The position numbers and the translations under genes were made by a program. The notes under the pieces are model-generated. The model searched no databases. It saw only the letters and a list, made by a program, of their open reading frames with translations, and had not been told where the DNA came from. Below, piece by piece: positions 8,520 through 22,532 of a stretch of 64,000 bases of DNA. Position 1 is the stretch's first letter. Every line of letters starts with the position of its first letter. Origin of the DNA: Phaeosaccion multiseriatum (Eukaryota; Protista; Ochrophyta, other classes); contig OZ218954.1 in assembly GCA_965112735.1 (NCBI GenBank), forward strand, positions 2,294,001-2,358,000, given 5' to 3'.

Positions 8520-10295
8520 GTGCGTGTGTGCGTCTGTTGCTTGTTGTTGGCTTGGTGTTGGGCTGGCTGGCTGGCTGGTGTTGACTTAATGTATAACGTA
8601 TACGTTGATCGGCATTCTCCCCTCCCTACAGTTGTACTCCCTCCCAACCCCCCCCCAAGTTGTCCTTGCACTCCTCCTCCGTCCTTGTGCAGAGTATGTA
8701 CACATAAATCCCGTACGTACTCCTCCTGCGGCCGAGTCGAGCGAAGTGAGTGAGTCCTCCGCCTCTCCCCCTCGAGGACCGGGGCACCCAGCCACTGCAG
8801 TCATCAGTCATCAGCCTCCGCGATCATCTCGTCAGTGATGGCCTTCACCGACTTACCGCACAGCACGTGACTGTGGGAAACAGAAACGCAACAACACTTG
8901 TGGGTTAGTCTTGTATCAGCCATGAACTCGTTGCTGTACCTTCGATACGTACGTAACTTTCGAGATGGCTGACCAGGCGCTCAACGCACACCCCCACACA
9001 TAGCACACATAGTCATGATCATCGAGCGGGAAACGTCCCTGACAAGCCACGCACGCACTTCTTGGTTCTTGACGACGACACCCGGGGGGTGGGTGTCGAC
9101 GATGCCGACGACGGCTCCTTTCGCCGCGGCGAGCCTGCAGCAGACGAGCAGCACGAGCGGGTGGGAGGCAGGCACACACAGCAGCAGCAGACAAGATGCG
9201 TGTGCAGTGTAGCTAAAAGGAAGCCCCAGCCAGAGGTTTCTGGAGCTCCAGCACAAGTAAGATCCAAAGGGGGGGTGGGGGTTTGCAGGGTGGTGCTCAG
9301 GCTGTGTGATGCTTGACACGACCTGCGGAAAGCGCTGAACACCAACACCTGTCTCCCTCCTCGAGGGCGCTGGACTGCCCCCCAGCAGACGGGAGAGAGG
9401 GGTTGAGGCAAGGGATGCTCGACCTGCGCGAACGACACAGAGCAGGTCAGGAATGAGTGAGCAGCATGGACAATCGAGGACTATGAACTCGTCCCATGTG
9501 TGATTGCTTGCCTTCACCTTCACAGGAGCGTCAAGCCGTTGAGCACTCCGGCGTCTCGCTGCTGCGGCGAGAGGATACCCGCCGAAAGAACCTCTCCTGT
9601 TGAGAGGGACACGGTGGCGGCCTCACCTGCAAGGGCTGCAGGCCAATAAGCTTTTTAGATAAGAGTTTCGGCACATGGCAAAACAACACAGAACCGAAAG
9701 TGAGAGTTCACTTTGGAAAAAGGACCCAGCCACACCTGGACACATCGCCCCGATCAGTCCATCGGCGGTCAGAACGAAGCCGTTGAGTTGATGCATGGAG
9801 GGCTGCGAGGCTGTGTGTGAGGAGGGCGGGGAGGGCACACATTCATATTCCTCCTCCGTCTCTAAACTGTGCGAGTACAACTCAATCTCCTCGCGCAGCC
9901 CTCACCTCCCGCCGCGCCCGATGAAAAGCGCACCATACTGTCCCGCACTCTCTCCACGCCGGGACCGCTCTTCCGAGAGCCGCAGCGGTGCCTCTCCCCC
10001 CCAGCCCCGGAGTCGGATCCGCCTCGGATGCCACTGTTGGCAACAACTTTGCCCACGATGGAGCGCGTGGTGAAGGCGGCGCTTAAGCGGGAGAACGACG
10101 AATGGACACCGTGTCGTAGCAGGCTTCCGGCTGAAAGCATGGTTCCGCTTGTATGTAGTCTTGTTCATCGTGAGGGGAGAGGGGGGTCCGATTTCCCCGC
10201 GCAAAGATCAAAAGTAAAGATGCACAAGAAGTGGAAACTGAAACTAGACCCTACATAGATCCCCACCCCGCGCTGTGATCGCGTACTGTGGCCTC

Positions 10296-13200
10296 ATGGC
10301 CTGCTCCACGCATCATCCCTATGGTGGTAAGGCGTGTGCTCACTCTTGGCGCCTCTTTCGTGCCGCCTCCCTCCCCCACTCATCCTTATGCCCATTCTTT
10401 TCTTCTCCCCTTCTTCATTCTCTCTCCCTCTCCTCTCTCTCTCCCTCTTTCCTATCCCTCTCTCCCTCCGTCCTTATGCCCACTCTTTGCATCTTCCCTT
10501 CTTCGTACCCCCTTCTCGCTGCCTCCTTTCTCTCCCTCTCCCTCTCCCTCTCTCCGGCCATTCTCTCTCTCCCTCTCTCTCTGTCTCTGTCTGTCTGTCT
10601 CTGTCTCTGTCGTGTGCAGTGGAGCCGCAGGGCAACTCGTGGATGGTGCAGGCTACCCCCAGCTGCCGCCCCTCCGGCCTCGGCCTGCTCCACTCGCACA
10701 TGTCCGACGCCCTCATGCTCGAGTTGTTGGCGCACTTCCCAGGCCCCGATCTCGCGCGTCTTGCGGCTGTGAGTAAAGGTGAGTCTTTGATTGATGCTGA
10801 TTTTACAGGCGCGTACTGTGGGGGGCGTAGGAAGGCCGTGAAAAGGGGGAGCTAACGTTCTCCTCTGTTCTTTGTGTGCACTCTCCTTCCGCGACCCGCC
10901 GTCTCGTGTTCCCGTCAGCGTTCTACGTCTTCTCAAATTTTGACGATCTGTGGAAGAACCTGGCCCTTCTCGAGCTGCAGCTTCAGGTCAGTGGGATGTG
11001 AGGGCCGCAACATTTGAGAAACAAGGAGAATTTTTCCCCTGTTGCTCACAAGGAGGGCTGTATCTGATCGCTCGCCCTTGCCCGCATCTCAACCAAACCG
11101 CTTTGCGTAGATGGACCAGCGCAACTGCTCCAGCTCCTCTGGCGACCCTGACACAGCCCCTCCAGTGCCCCTGACTCTGCGCACTGCCGCAACCCCATGG
11201 ATGGGCACGAGCTGGAAGGAGACCTACAGGCTATACGTGCGCCACGCAGGAGCCGGCAGAACCTGTCCAGAGAGAGAGACGGGAGACGGCGAGGCCCGGG
11301 CTGCTGCTGACGCTGAAGGGACAGGGGCTGAGCCGCGCTCCCGCCCCCCCATCGCTGTGCGGGGCTTTTACTCCGACTTGCTGTATCAACCCTTCCTGTG
11401 CTCCACCTACGGCATCCAGGAGGAGTGGCTGACGCGGCGGAATGTTGACATCCGAGGCGGGATCGATGCCGAGACGTTCAGGTGAGTGAGAGGGGACACG
11501 ACCTGCGACGGTTGGTTCTCCATACAGCTAACTAACCTGGAATTTGTATCCATCATGCCATGGGGAGAGTCGCCTCTCGCCTACACACGGGTCGAACTCG
11601 TAAGCACCTGCCTGCCCGAGCACCAGGCCTTGATCAATCATTCGTTGGCATGTGTGCTGCCCTTCGCTTTCCCTCGATGATCATCCACCCTTTGACGGCA
11701 GGCGGGAGTACGAGGTGCCCAACACGCCCGTGGTGCTCACTGACTTGGTGACGCGATGGCCAGCCTTTGGAAAGTGGTCCAAGCAGCACTTCAGAGACGA
11801 GTACGGGGAGGTTCCCTTCCACGCCAACGGGTAAGGCAGGAAAGAAACATGCGCCGCACAAGGAAGGGAGGGTTGGTCGACGAAATGGGTGTGTGGTACG
11901 AAGTGACGGCTGTGTGCAGAGGGGCGGAGGGGTTTTGTTCCTTTGCGTCTAGGGAGGTGGAGGTGTTGGTCTTTCATTCTGTCACTTTATGCTCAACTCC
12001 TCCGTAAACCCATGCCACTTCCACGTATAGTCTCTCACCCTCCCTCCCCTCGCACCACTCTCCTGTTGGCCCCTTGCTCTCTCACCCTTCCTTTCACCGC
12101 CCCTGTTGGCCCCTTGCTCCTGCCGCCACTGCGCTTTTTGCTGCACAGAGTGGACTTCCTCATGAAGGACTACATTCGATACGCGGAGGAGACGAGGGAG
12201 GAACAACCCCTCTACATCTTCGACAAAAAGTTCGCCGACAAGGTGCGTAAGTAAGAAAGAGCGGCACGAAGGAAGGAAGGAAGGAAGGACGGGCGGCTGA
12301 CGTGGATCCGATCCGACGATTTATTGTATTGTGTGCGGTGGGGAGCCACTGGACTGAGACTTAAAGGAGGAAGGAAGAAAATGGGGGGCAGGGCGGTGTC
12401 TGTTTTGCTCAAAAAGTACGAGCCACGGCGCCCTCACGCAATCAATCCCTTTGAGCAAACACTTGCTCCTACCCTCCTACCCTCTTATCCCCCTCTGCCT
12501 GCTGTTGCTGCTGCTGCTGCCGCTCCTCCCTCCCTATCTATTCTCGTTAAGGCCCCCGGCCTGGCCCGAGACTACTCCGTCCCCGAGCACTTTTCTGATG
12601 ACTTGTTCAGCCAGCTGGGCCAGAGCCGCCCCGACCATCGCTGGCTCATCGTCGGCCCGACTCTGTCCGGATCCTCCTTCCACATCGACCCCAACTCAAC
12701 GGTGCGTCTTGCCTGCCCCTCTGCCCCTCTGCCCCTCTCTGCCCTGTGTCTGCCCCCCTCCACCCCCCACCTCGCGTCCTCATCTGATCTCTTGTGTCCT
12801 GTCCTCTCCTCATCTGATCTCTTGTGTCTTGTCCTCTCCTCGCCTGATCTCTTGTGTCCTGTCCTCTCCTCATCTGATCTCTTGTGTCCTGTCCTCTCCT
12901 CACCTGATCTCTTGTGTCCTGTCCTCTCCTCATCTGATCTCTTGTGTCTTGTCCTCTCCTCGCCTGATCTCTTGTGTCCTGTCCTCTCCTCATCTGATCT
13001 CTTGTGTCCTGTCCTCTCCTCACCTGATCTCTTGTGTCCTGTCCTCTCCTCACCTGATCTCTTGTGTCCTGTCCTCTCCTCATCTGATCTCTTGTTCCTC
13101 ATCTGATCTCTTGTGTCCTGTCCTCTCCTCACCTGATCTCTTGTGTCCTGTCCTCTCCTCATCTGATCTCTTCTGTCTTGTCCTGTCCTCATCTGATCTC

Positions 13201-14509
13201 TTCTGTCCTGTCCTGTCCTCATCTGATCTCTTCTCTTCTCTTCTGTCCTGTCCTGTCCTGGCTGGTGTCTTCCCCACATGACACTTCCCTCCTCTCACCA
13301 ACACCCCCTCGCACTTCACATACACATATATATATATTGTACATGCACACCCCGGGGGGGCTGTTGGTGGTGCAGTCCGCTTGGAACGCCGTCCTACAGG
13401 GCTCTAAGAAGTGGATCCTCTTCCCCCCCGGGGTCACCCCCCCGGGAGTGCACCCCTCGGCCGACGGGCTGGATCTGGCCACCCCCGTGAGCTGCATGGA
13501 GTGGTTTATGAACTTCTACGACGAGTGCCACCGTAGGCCCGCCAAGCAGAGGCCGCTGGAAGTGGTGGTGCAGGCGGGAGAGATCATCTTCGTACCCAGG
13601 GGATGGTGGCATTGTGTGCTCAACCTGTCATGGTGCGTGTGTGTGTGTGTGTGTGTGTGCGTGTGTGTGTGTGCGTGCGTGTTTGTGTGTGTGTGTGTGT
13701 GTGGGCAGATGGCGACAGCAGGGGCGTGTGGCGTGTGGCGCTTTTCGGTTTTGGGTGGCTCTGATCTCCCCCCGCTCTCTCTACATTGTACATTGTACAT
13801 TGTACATTGTACCCGAAGCTTTTGTTTCGGAGCTGGCCGAGTGGCCCACCCCTGGCGTCCCAGTCTCTTCTCTGAGGATCGGTTTCATCGGTTTCATTCT
13901 CTGGCCCTGCCTTCCCCACTCTTCTCTTACTCCTTGCTTCTTTCCAACACACCCTTTCTCTCTCTCTGTCTATCTATATATGTCTCTCTCTCTGTGTCTG
14001 TGTTTGTTTGTTATCCCTCCCCCTCTCATCGTGTGCTGCGCACCCCCTCTCTTGTGCCCGGGCTGTGCAGGACTGTGGCCATCACGCAGAACTACGTAAG
14101 TCGCGTGAATCTGCTGCCCGTACTGCGCTTCGTGCATGAGAGGAAACACCTTCTGTCCGGCCTACCCGTTGAGGAACGTTCTTCGCTGGGAACTCGCTTC
14201 GTCGAGGCGCTAAAGGCAGGCACGAGGGACGGCAAGGAGGGGAAGGGGGGGAAGGCAGCAGATGGCCATGTTGTTCACTTGGAGCCTGACGTCCGGAGGG
14301 GAGTCGAGGCAGAGCTGGACAAGTGGGAGGAGGAGGAGGGGGAGGAGGAGGAGAAGAAGAGGAAAGGCGGGGAGGCGGAGGGGAGAGGACTTTGGGCCAA
14401 GGCTAAGCGAGCGCTTGATCAAGACGAGGGCCACGAGCACATGGAAAGTAGCGAGGCCGAGGGGGGGGGGGGAGGAGGAGGCTTCAGTTTTGGCTTCGAC
14501 CTCTCCTAA
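10296..14509 (+). CDS. F-box + JmjC domain protein (JMJD6 family, Arabidopsis JMJ22-like), multi-exon
   Basis: MACSTHHPYG|VEPQGN..., F-box-like MSDALMLELLAHF..DLARLAAVSK, GFYSDLLYQPFLC, YEVPNTPVVLTD, EEQPLYIFDKKF, DHRWLIVGP..SGSSFHIDPNST|SAWNAV..GSKKW, GEIIFVPRGWWHCVLNL, AITQNYVS, C-terminal FSFGF. Fe-binding H-x-D...H is intact. Confidence 0.9.
12777..13260 (+). repeat. Intronic 30-bp minisatellite (~16 copies)
   Basis: Unit TCCTCATCTGATCTCTTGTGTCCTGTCCTC with minor variants. Confidence 0.95.
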
Positions 14510-14637
14510 CCTAATAACCCAGCCGCAAAAAACAAAGTTCATTTTTTTCTTTTCTTTCTTTTGATGTTTTCTCCTCCTGGTAAAAAATAGAAGTCGCGGG
14601 GGCAGCGGTGCTCGCGGGCAGCAGTGCTACGTGATTA

Positions 14638-15533
14638 CTAAACGATTGTATCAGCACAGAAGTCCGTAATTTGGGCTGGAGTGACCCCAACCACGCCAGC
14701 CACGATGCTGTCAAGAGGTCAGAGGAGAGGAAGGGGGGAGGGGAAGACAAGTCAGGAAAGGGGGGGGGGAGGGTCAGGTGCTGGGGGGCTGCTGCTGCGT
14801 CGCTGGGACCGTGAAAGAGAGAGGATGAGCGCCCCCCACTAAGATGCAGCAGTGGTGAACAATGACATCACTAAGATGCAGCAGTGGTGAACAATGACAT
14901 CACTAAGATGCAGCAGTGGTGAACAATGACATCACTAAGATGCAGCAGTGGTGAACAATGACAACACTAAGATGCAGCAGTGGTGAACAATGACATCACT
15001 AAGATGCAGCAGTGGTGAACAATGACATCACTAAGATGCAGCAGTGGTGAACAATGACAACACTAAGATGCAGCAGTGGTGAACAATGACATCACTAAGA
15101 TGCAGCAGTGGTGAACAATGACATCACTAAGATGCAGCAGTGGTGAACAATGACATCACTAAGATGCAGCAGTGGTGAACAATGACATCACTAAGATGCA
15201 GCAGTGGTGAACAATGACATCACTAAGATGCAGCAGTGGTGAACAATGACATCACTAAGATGCAGCAGTGGTGAACAATGACAACGAACGAGCGCACTCA
15301 CGCAACGTGAGTCCCCGCCCCCAAGGGTCGGCCCTTCCCCCTCCTCGCGGCAGGGCACGCACATACATGCTCGTTCTCACCTGGCAAGTTGGGTGGCGAA
15401 GTAGAGACTCCCAAGGGTGACCACGAGGAAGCTGAGTTTCATGCTCAGCCACGAGTTCTGGCTGCCTGCCTTGAGCACAGGCACGTTGGGGCCTCGGACA
15501 AGCAGCAAGTAGAGGAGCACCTGCGTGTGTGCG

Positions 15534-15602
<69 letters not shown>

Positions 15603-16087
15603 GTGTGTGTGTGCGTGTGCACGTGGGCGGGTTAGGTTAGGGTGTGGGTTGTTGTGGCGGGGTGAGGAAACGTCGGTGGTGTCATCACAGGGGTGAGCAG
15701 CAGCGCGTTCACGCAAGCACTCACGCAAGCACTCACGCAAGCACGCACTTACTTCATAACCCGCTTCTATCAAGAGCAGGGTGAGGCAGTGAACAACGAA
15801 GGTTGAGAGGCCGTCCTTCACACTCGTGTTGTTGTACAGCCACTGCACCATGGCCGCGTAGCCGTTGGAGGTGATGACTGCCGCGCACTCCAGCTAGTGG
15901 GCCATGCGTTGCAAGTGAGAAGAAGCGACCGACGCCCCGAGGTAGGGGGGATTGGCACGGGCAGGGGGGAGGGAATGACCGAATCAGGAAAGCAGAGGGG
16001 AAGGAATGACCCAATCAGGAAGGCAGAGCCTCGCAGGAATGCCTGCTGTGTGCTTGCTGGGGCTTGACGAGGGGAAGAAAGCGCGTA

Positions 16088-16127
<40 letters not shown>

Positions 16128-18907
16128 CGTACGCACGTACGCACCCACACACGCGATGGCTGAGGACGGACACTGCAGTGGAAGCCCTCACCGGCCGTCT
16201 CCCTCGCTGCTTTTCTCTCTCTGTGTGTGTGTGACTTGTCCTTCTGACCTTCTCCCTAGTCTGACTCTCTTTCGCCCTCCTTTCCGTCCCTCCTCTCCCG
16301 CCTCTTGGCAGTCCCACCTTGTTCGCCATAATGACAATATCTGCGAAGACTCGCTTCCTCCGCGGCACCATCTTGAACGAGGTCGGCAGCTTGCGATGGA
16401 GCAGCACGTAGTTCACACCGTCCATGTAGGGAATGATCATGGGTCCCCAGAACTCCATGAAGCCCACCATGAGCGCGTTGAGAACCTTCTCAGCACGCGC
16501 CGACCCCACCGTCGACCACAAGGAGTTCGGTGGGCATGAGTGATACACGGCAAGAAGCAAGGATAGAGAGAGAGAAAGAGGGCGAAGAGGGGGGCAGGAG
16601 GATAGAAGGACACAACAGGATGCGGAGTAGAGATGAGCAGCAGCCCTCCTCCTTACGTATCATCCCTCCTCCTTACCTATCATCCCTCCTCATTGCTCAC
16701 CTTCGCTTGAATGGAGAACAGCCCCGCCTGCAATGTGCGCAGGAGAACAGAGTTGAGGCCGATGATGTTGACCATTAACGCCACGCCGCGCGTTGGGTTG
16801 ATGAAGAGATTGAACTGCACGAGGACCCCACACAGGGCCCGCAGGAGAGCGAGCACAAAGACACTGCCGTATATGATGACCTGACGCTCAAAGTCATCCG
16901 CCCCGGCAAAGGTGGGCAGGAGGATCTCCGAAGACAGGATACCTAGTCCCGCAGGGATGAGCACGGGGCCCGACAGCTGTAGCGCAATCCGTACGGCATG
17001 ATTGGGTGCGATGCCCAAGCCCCCCTTCCTGCAGTTGGCCGCTACGGTGGCAATCAGCAGCACCAACAGGGGAGCCCCCCAGCGTGTCCCGCCGGGCGGG
17101 GGCCGTCCCGCCAAGAACAGAATGCAACGGTAGCACGGGTCCAGTAGCGCCAGCGTCACGGATACTCTCCCTCGTAGTACATGACGCCTCTCCAGCACGC
17201 CGACAAGCGTGAGCCATGGCCAGAGCTGCATAAAGAAGCCCCGCAGCGACCCCCAACACACGGCCCAGATGCGCAGTCTCCAGCCGATGGAGTCCCACGA
17301 GTCCACGTAGCATGTCTCTCGATTGAAGACGAGCATGAGGGCGAGCAGAACGCCCCACACGCCCACGAGAATCCCCGCGATGGAGTCGATAGCCACGCAC
17401 CACGCGGACCTGTACAGCGTCACCCACACGGACTCTCTCCTGCCTTTCTTCGGCCTCAAGGAGCCCGACCCTCCTGCCGGGCTGCCGCCTCCCCCGTGCT
17501 TGCCCCCTCCTCCGCTCGCATCCCCCGACCCACCGCTCATAGCGCCCCCAACCCCTTCGAGGGCTCTGAAAGACATTCCCATGTCCTCTTCGTCCAGGAA
17601 TTCGTGCAAGTTTCTCGGGTGCGCCACGGCTCCTCCACTCCGAGCAATCACACTGTCTCTCCTCGAGCCAAAGAGCGCGCTGTCCTTCTCCATCTTCCCG
17701 CTTCGAATCGTGGCGTCGGACTCTGCTGTTGATGCATTTGCCTTTGCTGCGGCAACTACTCCGCTCCCCGATAGGTTCTCGTTGAAGCGTGGGAGCGGAT
17801 TCCCGCTGTCCACGCTCATAGCACGGCTTTTGACTCGCACGAGCACCACCGGCTCCGCTGCTTCATCTCCTTCCTTTTGTGGCAAATTCTGTAACGTCGA
17901 GTCGGAAGTTGGCACAGGATCAAGCCCCGCCCTCGGCTCTGGCACCTGTTCGTGTTGGCCGCGCCCGTCTCCTCTAGGGACCAGCGCCGGCAGATGGACC
18001 GCTTCCAGCGGACCCACGCGACCTTCTTGTGCTTCCCCAACACGCCCACACCCCTCTCTCTGTCCCGCGCTGGCGTTCCCCTCTAGCTCGCTTCTCATCG
18101 ACGTTTCCGAAGCTTTTGTCGCTGGTGGTACGTTGTGCTTCTCTCGAATAGAGTCCGTACCCCTTGGGCATAGCTCTTGCTCTAAAACAGGGTCTTCTCG
18201 TCCGCCTGCGCCCCCCCCCACACTCCCCCCCTCTTGGTCCGAGGCGCAACCATCCGCTTTGTTCGACCTCGCGGAAGTGTTCCCACCGGTGGACTGCAAT
18301 AAGGAGGGGCTGACCTGAGCAATCCCCCCTCTGCGCTCCTCATCCTCACATGTTCGCGCGGAGGCTGGCCCCCCACGCCTTCTCGTCGGAGCCCACGTAT
18401 GAACAGGGGGCAGCGACCCAATGGAGTGCCTCCGCCCTGAGTCCCTGCGGGTCCCATGCCCACGAGAATCTCGACCAGAAGTTTGCAAAGACCGTTTTCT
18501 GCTTGCCGTTCGACGACTGACTCGTGGAGAGTCCTCTAGTCTTCTCGCCGAGCCCATCCCCGGTGGAGCTGCCCGAAGGTTGTCCATCTCGATGACAAGA
18601 TCAGCTGCCATTCCTCGAAGCAAGTCGCCGACTTCTCCCACTTTGAGGGTTATTCGCCGTGTACGCCTCCTTTTTGGCTCTACGTTTTCGTTCCGTCTCT
18701 TCCCATCCTCTCTCTGGCTCGGGGGGCCATCCTTGAACGATAAGGCCCTCCATAAGGTTTTAGCTCCATCGCGGAGAGACCCTTGCTGCGTAGGTATCAT
18801 GTCCCCCTCATCTTCCCCCCCTGCTGGTTTTGGGACCAATTCCCGGCGACCTCCTGCTCCTCCTACTGCTGCTGCTGCGGCTCCTTCTACTGGTGTTGCT
18901 GCTGGTG

Positions 18908-18956
<49 letters not shown>

Positions 18957-19370
18957 TGTTGCTGCTTCTACTGCCGCGGCTGCAGTTTCCCCTTCTGGCT
19001 TATGCTCACCTCCTTCGCCTCTCTCGACTTCTCCCCAAGACACCCACTTGCCGCTAAGGTTGGAAGGGTCTGCCGAGGCGGAAACTTGATCGGAAAGAGG
19101 GGCAAGGGCAATCCTGTTGCTGCTGGTCGCGGCAGCATTCTCAGTGGCGCATCTCGTGACGGAGGCACCAACTAAAAGTCCCGCTTCTTCAGCATTCCCG
19201 TGTCCCGACTCCAGGACAGAGAGGTCGTTGGAAGAGCTTCGCATGCCTGGCGGGAGCAGCAGGTCGGCACCGTCATCTACAGAGTGTTCTCCCCCCCCCG
19301 CCTCCTCCACTGCCGAGGAAGGTACAACCCGCCTCTCTGAGCGGCCCACCTTGCTCAGAAGAAAAGGCAT
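14638..19370 (-). CDS. Multi-pass membrane protein of unknown function with a long disordered N-terminus
   Basis: 896-codon first exon (16680..19370 ORF) ending in several hydrophobic helices. Further hydrophobic exons at ~16317-16530, ~15752-15900, 15381-15520 and a last exon [22 protein letters not shown] (stop at 14638). Confidence 0.7.
14837..15284 (+). repeat. Intronic 32-bp minisatellite, 14 near-perfect copies
   Basis: Unit CACTAAGATGCAGCAGTGGTGAACAATGACAT, head-to-tail with no spacers. Confidence 0.97.
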
Positions 19371-19562
19371 ACTCCCCGTGGATGGGGGGGAAAGTGGGAG
19401 GGAAAAAGAAGGAGATGGAGAGGGAGAGAAAGACGTTGCAGAAATTACTTACGTACCCTTACGTGTGTGAATCAGCTTTCGTTCGCTGTGCTGTCGGCGC
19501 TCTGGCCCATTCTCCCTCTCTCTCTCTCTCCTTATCTCCCTTCAACTACATTGAGGCTTACC
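19371..19562. promoter_or_regulatory. Putative bidirectional promoter (membrane protein / SDHA)
   Basis: Divergent start codons are 192 bp apart; inferred from geometry only. Confidence 0.55.
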
Positions 19563-22532
19563 ATGCTGCGCTCCGCTGTAGGCACGGCCATTCGGAGGAG
19601 ATGTGCTCCCGGAAGGGCAGCAGTAGGCAGTTCCTCATCCTCTGGAAAACCAGTAGCTGCGGCGACCCGGCGGCGTCTGAGTTCAGCGAGCAGCAAGTAT
19701 GAGATTGTGGACCACGAGTATGATGCCGTGGTGGTGGGCGCAGGGGGCGCTGGGCTGAGAGCGGCCATGGGTTGCGCAGAGGCGGGCCTGAAGACTGCCT
19801 GTATCACCAAGCTCTTTCCCACCAGATCCCACACCGTAGCAGCACAAGGCGGTATCAACGCAGGTGAGCGACGGGCTGGGACCGTTGTTATTGCTCAGAG
19901 CTGCCGAGGGTCACGAGTGCTTACAAAGCGGGAGAATGCGAAAAGGGGGGGTGTTTGTTCCCAAGGCCGGGGCAGAGGTCTTTTCTTTCTTTTCAGGAGA
20001 CGGAATTGCTTGTCCTCCCTGGCGGTCAGCTGGCCATCTCACCAGGATCGAGTGGTCATAATCTCCACCCCTGCCTCGAATAGCAAGGTTGCTCCAGCTC
20101 CATTTTGCGAGCAGAGTACTTTATTTAATGCTTTCAGCCCCACCCCCACCCGACCCCACACACCACTCCTCGCCTCTTCACCGACACCGACACGCCTGCC
20201 ACTCTCCCCCCGCGCCTGCGCAGCGCTGGGCAACATGTCGGAAGACGACTGGCGCTGGCACATGTACGACACCGTCAAGGGCAGTGACTGGCTGGGAGAC
20301 CAGGATGCCATCCACTACATGTGCAAGGAGGCGCCAAGGGCGGTACTCGAGCTGGAGAGCTACGGCCTGCCCTTCTCGCGCACGGAAGACGGGCGCATAT
20401 ATCAACGCGCCTTTGGAGGACAGTCGCTGGAATTTGGAAAGGGGGGACAGGTGCGTGAGTGTGTGGGGAGGGAAGGGTCGCCCGGCTCACAGGTGTTACT
20501 GCTCTGCTCGGTGGTCACTCTTCCCCCTTGTACCAGGGGAGAGCTTCGCTTGTGGACGTGCGTCTCATCCGATACAACTCGCCTGCCGCCCTCTCTTCGT
20601 CCCCTACCCATACCCACCTTTTCTTTTGTCCTGCAGGCATACCGCTGCGCCGCCGCTGCCGACCGAACGGGACACGCCATGCTCCACACGCTGTACGGCC
20701 GATCGCTAGCCTTTGACACCTCCTACTTTGTGGAGTACTTCGCCTTGGACCTGCTCATGCACGAAGGCGTATGTGTTGGGGTGGTAGCCATGTGCATGGA
20801 GGACGGGAGCATTCACAGATTCAAGGTGAGGAGGGGCGAACACGAGCTTGAGGGAGTTGATTTGGTCATATGGCAAGGAAGGCAAGGAAGGGGACGGACT
20901 GGCTTCCCCACGGAAACCGGTCCGACCCAAGAAAGGAAAGAAAATGAAAGACTTGGGGCCCAAATAACTCTCTTCTTGCTGACGCTGAGGAACCCAAAAA
21001 CCCATTGTCGCACACACGCGTGCACCAGGCCGCCAACACTGTTCTGGCGACGGGCGGCTACGGCCGGACGTACTTTTCGTGTACGTCAGCGCACACATGC
21101 ACCGGAGACGGAAACGCAATGGCCATGCGGGCAGGATTACCGGTGGAGGACCCGGAGTTCGTTCAGTTCCACCCCACGGGCATCTACGGGGCTGGATGCC
21201 TCATCACGGAGGGGTGCAGAGGGGAGGGTGGCATCTTGCGGAACGGAGAGGGCGAGAGGTTCATGGAGAGGTGAGCAGGGGGGCTCTGGAGGTTGGAGTG
21301 GTATAGGATATAGAGGATATAGAATCCAACCGAGTAGGTGCTGACACTACTTCTCCGGCTTGTCGAGGGCTGGAGGTCGGAGTGGTATAGGATATAGAGG
21401 ATATAGGAATCCAACCGAGTAGGTGCTGACCACTACTTGTCCGGCTTGTCGACCCTCTAGTTCCTGGTCTCATCTCTCTCTGTCTCTCGTCCAACTCATC
21501 ACCATATGCCTCCATCCATGCATCCATCCACTTCCCCGTATGAATACACACAACAGATACGCTCCCAGTGCCAAGGACCTCGCATCCCGCGATGTGGTAT
21601 CTCGCGCCATGACCATGGAGATCTCCGAGGGACGCGGCTGCGGCGAGGCGAAGGACCACTGCTTCCTTCACCTTGACCACCTCCCACCGGATCTGTTGGC
21701 CGAGCGTCTGCCTGGCATTTCGGAGACGGCCTCCATCTTCGCGGGGGTGGACGTGACGAAGCAGCCCATTCCGGTGCTGCCCACCGTACACTACAACATG
21801 GGAGGTGTCCCTACCAACTACTTGGGCGAAGTTATCTGTCCCAAGAAACAAGCGGACGGGTCCGTCGATCACGATGCCATCGTGCCGGGCCTGTTTGCGG
21901 CGGGAGAGGCGGCGTGTGCGTCCGTGCATGGGGCGAACCGATTGGGCGCCAACTCTCTGCTCGACATTGTGGTGTTTGGAAGGGCGTGCGCTCTGCGCAT
22001 TGCGGAGATTAGTAAGCCCGGGCAGAAGGTGCCCGATGCTCCCCAGAGCGAGTTAGAGAGAGCCGTGGCTCCGTTGGACAAGCTCCGGTACGCCGACGGA
22101 AACACGTCTACCGCTGACCTCCGTCTCCATCTGCAGAAGGTGATGCAGGAGCACGCGGCCGTGTACCGCACAGATGATCTGCTGGCGGAGGGTTGCAAGA
22201 AGGTGGACAAGGTGCTGCAGCAGTCGGATGACATTAAGGTGACGGACAGGTCACTGATTTGGAACACCGACCTCATTGAGACGCTGGAGCTGCGCAACCT
22301 GCTGGCCAATGCTTCCGTCACCATGGAGGCGGCCGATAAGCGCAAGGAGTCGCGTGGGGCGCACGCACATGAAAACTACCCGGACCGGGATGACAAGGAA
22401 TGGATGAAGCACACCATGGCCTACCACGACGAAGGCAAGAAGAAGACCACCATCGACTACCGGCCCGTTCACTACGACACCTTGGACAAGAGCGAGATGG
22501 AGAGCGTCGCGCCAGTCAAGCGGGTCTATTGA
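19563..22532 (+). CDS. SDHA: Succinate dehydrogenase flavoprotein subunit, mitochondrial
   Basis: Arg/Ser/Ala-rich transit peptide, [30 protein letters not shown]|[84 protein letters not shown]-terminal RVY*. Confidence 0.99.
21286..21453 (+). repeat. ~83-bp direct duplication in an SDHA intron
   Basis: CTGGAGGT(T/C)GGAGTGGTATAGGATATAGAGGATATAG...CCAACCGAGTAGGTGCTGAC...CCGGCTTGTCGA occurs twice. Confidence 0.9.

Noticed and set aside
9526-9690. Possible missing last Fanzor exon (ERQAVEHSGVSLLRREDT..SC*EGHGGGLTCKGC)
   Set aside because: It follows a plausible acceptor and has one CxxC, but contains a stop, lacks the E-x-YTSKTC spacing and any DRD..A.NI motif. Too weak without a profile search.
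8808-10140. Possible minus-strand spliced gene (terminal exon HVLCGKSVKAITDEMIAEADD*)
   Set aside because: Some good splice signals, but I could not build a continuous stop-free model or recognise a domain.
12451-13325. Repeat-peptide ORFs on both strands
   Set aside because: Translations of the intronic 30-bp minisatellite.
14837-15284. 32-bp repeats of CRISPR-like length
   Set aside because: Head-to-tail with no unique spacers, intronic, and no cas genes: a minisatellite.
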